Translations under genes and position numbers: made by a program
Part shown: positions 46,831-52,081 of the stretch, in pieces
Position numbering within the stretch: position 1 is the first letter of the stretch
Layout: each line of letters begins with the position of its first letter
The notes under the pieces: model-generated
What the model saw: the letters and a program-made list of their open reading frames with translations, nothing else
What the model was told of the DNA's origin: nothing
Databases searched by the model: none
Assembly (NCBI GenBank): GCA_017445665.1
Contig: JAFSTR010000169.1
Coordinates: forward strand, 1-52,081
Length of the DNA stretch: 52,081 nt
Direction of reading: 5' to 3'
DNA from: Butyrivibrio sp.
Lineage (GTDB): Bacteria > Bacillota > Clostridia > Lachnospirales > Lachnospiraceae

Positions 46831-47405
46831 AGATCGCAGGAATAGGCGGGACATATTCAGCGGCCGGTGCAGAGCAAACCCGCAAAAAGCCGGGTACTGT
46901 CAAAGAGTATTCTAACTACCTTACTCAGAAATTTCCCTGCCTTACTCCGGGACCAAATTCTGCTGTTTCGGTCACAAGTGGACTTCTAAAAAAGGCTATG
47001 GCAGACGAGAAGACCGGCGCATGGCTGGAAAGAGAACTGGCGAAAGCCCCGGATTACATCAAAGCAGCTCAGGAGTCCGCAAAAGCACATGGGGCTACAC
47101 TTAAGTCTGTAACTATCGAATTTGGTGAAGAGTACAGCACTATGTGCACACTTACTGTAACGGATGGCGGAGGAACAGAGCCTGAGATAGACAAATGGCT
47201 TGAAAGGGTTAAAGAGAAAAAAGCTGAGCAGAAGAAAGCGGAAAAGAGGCTTGAGAAGGAACAAAAAGCCTTGGAAGTGCAAGAAAGTATGCATTCCATG
47301 GAGATACATGGAAAAGACCTGAAGGACCTGACCAAAAAGTTCTCTGAAAAACTATCTGAACAAACGCAATTCAATCCATATGGGAATTTTGACGCTAGAG
47401 CCTGA
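46827..47405 (+). CDS. Hypothetical protein (DUF6033-like; C-terminal YGNFDARA)
   Basis: ATGA overlap with the upstream gene; EYSNYLTQKF...VSVTSGLLKKAMAD; Lys/Glu coiled coil; family name tentative. Confidence 0.7.
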   Translation: MKIAGIGGTYSAAGAEQTRKKPGTVKEYSNYLTQKFPCLTPGPNSAVSVTSGLLKKAMADEKTGAWLERELAKAPDYIKAAQESAKAHGATLKSVTIEFGEEYSTMCTLTVTDGGGTEPEIDKWLERVKEKKAEQKKAEKRLEKEQKALEVQESMHSMEIHGKDLKDLTKKFSEKLSEQTQFNPYGNFDARA

Positions 47406-47410
47406 GCTGA

Positions 47411-47444
47411 CTAATTATGACATAAATGAATCCATTGATGACAT
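47411..47444 (+). promoter_or_regulatory. Candidate LytTR-binding direct repeat
   Basis: CTAATTATGACAT / CCATTGATGACAT with 21-bp period; matches the repeats at 49688 and 51965. Confidence 0.7.
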
Positions 47445-47449
47445 TTCTA

Positions 47450-47477
47450 TAAGTTGCTAAAGGTTATATGCCGATAT
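47450..47477 (+). promoter_or_regulatory. Sigma-28 (SigD/FliA)-type promoter
   Basis: TAAG-N16-GCCGATAT versus consensus TAAA-N15/16-GCCGATAT. Confidence 0.75.
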
Positions 47478-47517
47478 AACAGAAAAGGAGTTGTGTCGTT
47501 CATGTACACGGAGGTAG

Positions 47518-48420
47518 ATGATTATGACCGGAATCAATATTACTTCGCTGGATAGGCAGGTAAAAGACATTGGTCAGGAAATTTACGCTGCGAAACAGCA
47601 GCGAGATGAGAAGCTGGCTAAGTCTTCGCCTGAAAATAAAGATGGTGGTTTGCAGAAAGCCATCCATGAAAAACTCAGTGATAGATCAAACGTGGCTTTT
47701 GGTGACACGGCAGCTACGCTTTCTATCTCTGCGCTTGGAGCAGAAAAACTGGAGAAAGTCAGAGATTCCTGGAATAACCATCCGGTAAGTTCACTGTACA
47801 GAACAGAGATTCCGATCAACAAGAATGCCGAAGGTGCGTACAAGATAGGCGGAGTTTCTTTTGCCGAAGAAGAATTTACTGCAGCCAGAGAACTTGTGAC
47901 GGATACAAGCAGTCAACTCAAAACCGGATACCTGAGCTACAGGGATTATGCCAAGATGGAAGTGACGCAGAAGGTTGTGGATGATCGTGCTTCTAAAGGC
48001 TTTAGTGCAGAACAGGCCAAGGTGATCAGCCGGGCTATGAAGGACTACAACAGCAGTCTGGTAGAGTGGCAGAACGAAATGCTTTCGGGCAGAACTACAC
48101 GTGTGAACAATGATCCTGAGTCAGGAAGATACTTTGGAGTCGAGGTTCTGGTGCCCAGAAGCGTTACAGAATCAGGAATACCAAGATATGCCAGCACGGA
48201 CATTGCTACGGACAGGGAGCTGATAAAAACGCTACGTGACAGTATAGGGGCAGTTGATATTACTGGCAAAAACGCTGCTTCTGAGATTAAAGCTCTTTAT
48301 CAGGACATTATGAAGCCCGTATATGCTGCGCAGTACCCATTCCAGAGGGAATCTGATATAAATGACGCTTTGGATAAAGACGTAAAAGAGCTTATGGCAC
48401 TTATAGATGTTGAGAAGTGA
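47518..48420 (+). CDS. Hypothetical protein (start may be 47524)
   Basis: GGAGG RBS; 300-aa ORF; ATLSISALG motif near the N-terminus; no recognised domain. Confidence 0.8.
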   Translation: MIMTGINITSLDRQVKDIGQEIYAAKQQRDEKLAKSSPENKDGGLQKAIHEKLSDRSNVAFGDTAATLSISALGAEKLEKVRDSWNNHPVSSLYRTEIPINKNAEGAYKIGGVSFAEEEFTAARELVTDTSSQLKTGYLSYRDYAKMEVTQKVVDDRASKGFSAEQAKVISRAMKDYNSSLVEWQNEMLSGRTTRVNNDPESGRYFGVEVLVPRSVTESGIPRYASTDIATDRELIKTLRDSIGAVDITGKNAASEIKALYQDIMKPVYAAQYPFQRESDINDALDKDVKELMALIDVEK

Positions 48421-48439
48421 TATGAGATTTGCTCATGAA

Positions 48440-48508
48440 AAAATGAGCCCCTGACTCCGTCCCTAGGGATCAAAAATGAGCCATGGGGACGGAGTCATGG
48501 GTTCATTT
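48440..48508. repeat. GGGACGGAGTCA hairpin repeat, inverted pair copies 6(-) and 7(+)
   Basis: TGACTCCGTCCC at 48452 and GGGACGGAGTCA at 48486 (back-to-back); ends immediately before the GGAGGT RBS. Confidence 0.9.
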
Positions 48509-48523
48509 CGGAGGTAACAGATT

Positions 48524-49549
48524 ATGAGGATACAGCAGAACCCCTTTCAGGGAAATGATAATACACAGATAATTTCAGGCGCTGCAAATGCTCAGAATAA
48601 GAATGGTAACATGAATTCGATTTCCGGTGCTAACCTTAAGGGGGAGAGCCTTATAGCTCAGCGTCAGGGGCTTGCAAGGAAACAGGCACTTAAGGTTGTC
48701 TCCGATGCTTTCGGCGGCGAGAAGAAGCTCGATGCTCAGATGCAGGGGATCAAGGATGAGATCAAGCGCCTGCAGGACGTGATAAATGAGAAGCGCACTG
48801 ATACCAGGGATAATGATGCTAAGTTAAAAGAGCTTCAGGAGCAATACGGGATCGACCCGGACAGCGAAGAGAATAAGAATCTGGAGCAGCTTGCCCTTAA
48901 AATGAATTACTCCAAAGACGGTTTATCCGATGAGGAGATGGAAAAGCTATCCGAGTATCAGCAACAGGCTCTTTACTATGTGGCAAAAAATCAGCAGAAT
49001 GCGCTTGATATCGACCAAGCCAAGGCTCAGCAGGCCGGAAATGTCCAGGGATATGCAGATATGAAAAGAGAGCGTGCAAAATCCCAGGATATGCTCAAAG
49101 CACAGGATGCAGCTGAGGAGATCATGGAGGCTTCGAACGATGAGACGGTAGCTCTTTTGACTCAGGAAATGATTGAGCACGTTGATGAAGAGCAGAAGGA
49201 GCGCGAAGAAGAGGCAAAAGAGGCTGCGGAAAAGAAAAAAGAAGAGAAGAAGGAAGAGGCGAAGAAGCTTGAAAAAGAAGCTATGCAGCAGGAGATGATC
49301 GAGAACATCAAGGAACATGCTGCCGAGGGTCAGAGGACAAGTGCCGATGCAAAAAGAGCTATCGCCAGGCGTGAGCGAGCTGAGGCCGAACGGATGGATG
49401 CAGAAGGCGCACAGAAGACCATTATTTCCGAAGGTGCTTCCATGGAGGATACACAGGATGCAGTCAATTCCGAGATTACCAATATTCTTAACAAGCTGAG
49501 TCTTCTTTCAAATGACGTAAAGGGCAGTGCTATAGATAATCAGATATGA
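48524..49549 (+). CDS. Hypothetical coiled-coil protein (N-terminal MRIQQN, C-terminal KGSAIDNQI)
   Basis: GGAGGT RBS; 341 aa; Asn/Gln-rich N-terminus, Glu/Lys/Ala-rich helices. Confidence 0.82.
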   Translation: MRIQQNPFQGNDNTQIISGAANAQNKNGNMNSISGANLKGESLIAQRQGLARKQALKVVSDAFGGEKKLDAQMQGIKDEIKRLQDVINEKRTDTRDNDAKLKELQEQYGIDPDSEENKNLEQLALKMNYSKDGLSDEEMEKLSEYQQQALYYVAKNQQNALDIDQAKAQQAGNVQGYADMKRERAKSQDMLKAQDAAEEIMEASNDETVALLTQEMIEHVDEEQKEREEEAKEAAEKKKEEKKEEAKKLEKEAMQQEMIENIKEHAAEGQRTSADAKRAIARRERAEAERMDAEGAQKTIISEGASMEDTQDAVNSEITNILNKLSLLSNDVKGSAIDNQI

Positions 49550-49624
49550 GCCCCAGGGACGGAGTCAGGGGACCATTTTCAGAAAATTCTGAAAATGAAC
49601 CACTGACTCCGTCCCTAGGGACCA
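49546..49624. repeat. GGGACGGAGTCA hairpin repeat, inverted pair copies 8(+) and 9(-), forming a long palindrome
   Basis: Core at 49556 and reverse complement at 49604, joined by TTTTCAGAA-AA-TTCTGAAAA; copy 8 contains the TGA stop of the upstream gene. Confidence 0.9.
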
Positions 49625-49635
49625 AAATCAAGGAT

Positions 49636-49680
49636 GCGCATTATTTCAATGGAGTGAAAACATTGGAATGATGCGCTTTT
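49636..49680 (+). terminator. Probable intrinsic terminator
   Basis: GCGCATTATTTCAATG...CATTGGAATGATGCGC followed by TTTT. Confidence 0.65.
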
Positions 49681-49687
49681 AAATTGT

Positions 49688-49756
49688 CCATTCGTAACAT
49701 GAAAATGGCTATTCATGACATGGATAAAGCCTACGCAAATGTTCTGATGCTATGAT
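49688..49756 (+). promoter_or_regulatory. Candidate LytTR autoregulatory direct repeat + extended -10
   Basis: CCATTCGTAACAT / CTATTCATGACAT with 21-bp period; TGcTATGAT at 49748-49756. Confidence 0.7.
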
Positions 49757-49785
49757 TTATGCATAAACAGACAAGAGGATGAAAT

Positions 49786-50547
49786 ATGAATAAGTACAGT
49801 ATAGCAATTTGTGATGATGAAGAGCCAGTGAGATGTCTTTTACGCGAATGGACAAGGACAAGTACACCCGGGGCAGAGGTTAGGGAATACTCAGGTGGCA
49901 AAGAGCTGCTAAGGGATATCGATGAAGGCCTAAAGGTTGATGTGCTGTTTCTTGATATTGCCCTGGAGGAGAGTGATGGCTTTGAGACAGCAAAAGAGCT
50001 GGAAAAGAAAATAGAGGCAACCGGAAAGAGTATGCGCGCTTCAAGGCCTCTTATCATTTTTGTTACCGGAATCCCCGACAGGATGGGAGATGCGTTCGAG
50101 GTAAAGGCGTTTGATTATCTGATAAAGCCGGTTTCAAAAGATATATTTGAGAGTGGTCTGCACCGCGCAATTGAGGAACTAAAACGACTTGATGCACAGC
50201 TTATATGCGAAACTTCATATCACAACAAAGAGGATTTCATTACAGTACAGATTGGAAAAGAGTCGGTGACTTTGAGGGTAAAAGACATTCTCTATGTTGA
50301 AAGCTCCGGCAGAAAAGCAGTAGTGCGTATGAAGGATAAACGCTATGAAATCTACAGACAGATGTCCGGACTTGAAGAGGAACTTGGAAAAGAATTTTTC
50401 AGAATCCACAGGGGATATCTGGTTAATATGGAGCATATTAAAGGGTACTCGAGGTCTGAGGTTCAGATAGATAACGGGGATCTTCTTATCATATCCAAAT
50501 ATAAATACCAGGAATTTGTAAAAGCATATATGGATTACATATCCTAA
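49786..50547 (+). CDS. LytTR family response regulator (AgrA-like)
   Basis: IAICDDE...LFLDI...IIFVT...YLIKP; ILYVES...FFRIHRGYLVN. Confidence 0.95.
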   Translation: MNKYSIAICDDEEPVRCLLREWTRTSTPGAEVREYSGGKELLRDIDEGLKVDVLFLDIALEESDGFETAKELEKKIEATGKSMRASRPLIIFVTGIPDRMGDAFEVKAFDYLIKPVSKDIFESGLHRAIEELKRLDAQLICETSYHNKEDFITVQIGKESVTLRVKDILYVESSGRKAVVRMKDKRYEIYRQMSGLEEELGKEFFRIHRGYLVNMEHIKGYSRSEVQIDNGDLLIISKYKYQEFVKAYMDYIS

Positions 50548-50561
50548 AAAGCGGAGGGGTT

Positions 50562-51992
50562 ATGACCGAAGAACAGATAAGGATAGCTCAGCAATTATAC
50601 GGAATGATCATGATTCTTATCAGGGGAGCGTTTCTGGGATTGTTTCTGGATCTTTTTCTAGAAAAAGAGATATTGAACAGAGCAAAGATAATTATGATAT
50701 CAGCAGTCGTGACTGTTATCGGGCTAATTCTCTTTGCTATACCGTTTTCCACAAGAGGACTGTACAGCCTCATCGGACTTATCGTCATAGCCATAGTCTT
50801 TTGGCTGATCAATCCCAAAGTGCTGCCTCACTCGATATTTGTTTTCTTTTTGTGGAACAATGTCTTTTACGTATGGTATCTTGCAAACTTCGCAATCTTC
50901 AATGAAATTACAGATAAGGTCACAGGAGCAATTGATTATTCAAAGGAAGGTGCCATAGAGCGTTTGTGGCTTTGGATGTTTGCGCTTATAGTGGCGCAGA
51001 TTGTCTTTATGGCACTCACACTTTTTGGCGAATATCTGGTAGTAAGAAAACTCTGTCAAAAGAAATATGACATGTCCTGGACGGAAGCTCTTTATCTGTC
51101 AGTTTATTCGGCGGTCTCGTACATTATCTGTTACATGATTGCGGATGTAATGGTGGTTCCCTTGGAAAAAGAGGTATTCCTTTTAATGGACGAAAAGAGA
51201 GAAATGGTATTTACGCTTCCTCTGCTTGCACTGCTATTATTCATAGGCGAGATATCTGCCATTGCTACCTGGCAGAGGTATAGACGGCTCAAGGAAGAAG
51301 AACTGCGGCTTCAGGAAGAGCTTAAGCAGCAGGAATTTATCAGGAAGAAGATAGAGTACACAGAAAAATATCATGATCGCATCAGAACGCTCAGGCATGA
51401 TATGGCCGGAAAACTCATGATACTAAAGAGCTTTATTGAAAATGGTAAGTATGAAGATGCTGAACAGTTTCTGGGAGAAATGGACATAGAGCTCAGCAGG
51501 AGTAGTATACATTTCACTACAGGGAATCCGGTTACCGATGTTGTGATAAATGAGGCAGCAGCCCAGGCGGACAGTTTAAGATGTAAGTTTCAGGCGGACT
51601 TTTCTTTTCCCATAGAAAGCGGTATTGGCGCAATAGATGTTGGGATCATATTGAATAATCTGTTGGACAATGCACTGGAAGCTGTGGCAGTAATCCCGGA
51701 AAACGAAAGGTACATAAAACTTACGGGAGAGTTTAAGGAGAACTTTTTCCTGATAAGAGCCGAGAACTCTTTTGACGGAATGATGAAAAGAGATGGGAAT
51801 GGCAATATAGTGAGCAGGAAAAAACATCAAAGTGACGGAGAGCTTCATGGAATTGGGCTAAAGAGTGTGATGAGCATTGCGGATAAATATCTTGGGACAA
51901 TGGATATCAGTTCAGAGAATAAGGTATTCAAGGTTAGAGTTATGCTCCAAAGCACTGAAGATGACTATTCACTACATCAAACTGTCCGTTGA
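50562..51992 (+). CDS. Membrane GHKL sensor histidine kinase (AgrC/VirS-like)
   Basis: About 7 TM helices; LRHDM; TGNPVTD; NLLDNALEA; HGIGLKSV. Confidence 0.92.
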   Translation: MTEEQIRIAQQLYGMIMILIRGAFLGLFLDLFLEKEILNRAKIIMISAVVTVIGLILFAIPFSTRGLYSLIGLIVIAIVFWLINPKVLPHSIFVFFLWNNVFYVWYLANFAIFNEITDKVTGAIDYSKEGAIERLWLWMFALIVAQIVFMALTLFGEYLVVRKLCQKKYDMSWTEALYLSVYSAVSYIICYMIADVMVVPLEKEVFLLMDEKREMVFTLPLLALLLFIGEISAIATWQRYRRLKEEELRLQEELKQQEFIRKKIEYTEKYHDRIRTLRHDMAGKLMILKSFIENGKYEDAEQFLGEMDIELSRSSIHFTTGNPVTDVVINEAAAQADSLRCKFQADFSFPIESGIGAIDVGIILNNLLDNALEAVAVIPENERYIKLTGEFKENFFLIRAENSFDGMMKRDGNGNIVSRKKHQSDGELHGIGLKSVMSIADKYLGTMDISSENKVFKVRVMLQSTEDDYSLHQTVR

Positions 51993-52031
51993 TGCATTAG
52001 CTATTCACCCGGATATCTTCATAGTCGATAC
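51965..52031 (+). promoter_or_regulatory. Candidate LytTR direct repeat + weak sigma-28-type promoter for the next gene
   Basis: CTATTCACTACAT / CCGTTGATGCATT (21-bp period), then TTCA-N16-GTCGATAC with geometry identical to 47411-47477. Confidence 0.6.
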
Positions 52032-52076
52032 CTGTAATGTAACAGTAAAGCGCTGAAATCGTGAGGTAAACAGAAT

Positions 52077-52081
52077 ATGAA
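52077..52081 (+). CDS. Probable start of a gene truncated by the window edge
   Basis: GAGGT RBS at 52063, ATG at 52077, downstream of a candidate promoter. Confidence 0.45.

Noticed and set aside
47502-47555. 17-codon out-of-frame upstream ORF overlapping the start of 47518
   Set aside because: RBS spacing of 11 nt is suboptimal and there is no other support; likely chance
43023-49624. Repeats as a CRISPR array
   Set aside because: Copies are directly adjacent or separated by whole genes, occur in both orientations, have no 30-40 nt unique spacers, and no cas genes are present
9-51848. Numerous short alternative-frame and antisense ORFs in the track (e.g. 14071..14862, 41428..42123)
   Set aside because: They overlap well-supported genes, lack RBS and motifs, and are expected codon-bias shadows
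43023-52081. Prophage, IS or integron
   Set aside because: No integrase, transposase or phage structural gene recognised; repeats lack the attC RYYYAAC/GTTRRRY ends

Overview
52 kb chromosomal window from a motile, low-to-mid GC Firmicute. Gene content and style suggest Lachnospiraceae, probably Butyrivibrio-like (inference). In order, it holds: two tandem dCache methyl-accepting chemotaxis genes; glgC-glgD; a GT2 glycosyltransferase; a signalling cluster of degenerate EAL/GGDEF proteins including a membrane-GGDEF*-EAL*-HisKA-HATPase-REC-Hpt hybrid kinase; an SBP/HK/RR-regulated Fe3+/AfuABC-type ABC transporter with mgtC-like gene; a degenerate GGDEF-DUF6765-like-HdeD operon; and a Gram-positive PUL (large double-GH43 enzyme, YtfQRT-YjfF-type ABC transporter, split two-component system). 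The most unusual part is 43.0-52.1 kb. There, five uncharacterised proteins with flagellar-export-like termini and one unannotated 59-aa ORF are interleaved with nine copies of a ~33-bp hairpin repeat (invariant core GGGACGGAGTCA). They are flanked by a BlaI/BlaR1-like pair and a LytTR/GHKL pair whose candidate operators are visible in the sequence. These are a TTAACAGnTGTTAA palindrome and 21-bp-spaced CYATTnATGACAT repeats, two pairs of which sit at identical distance from sigma-28-type promoter elements. No rRNA, tRNA, CRISPR array, integrase or transposase was recognised. All family assignments come from motif recognition by eye, not database searches.
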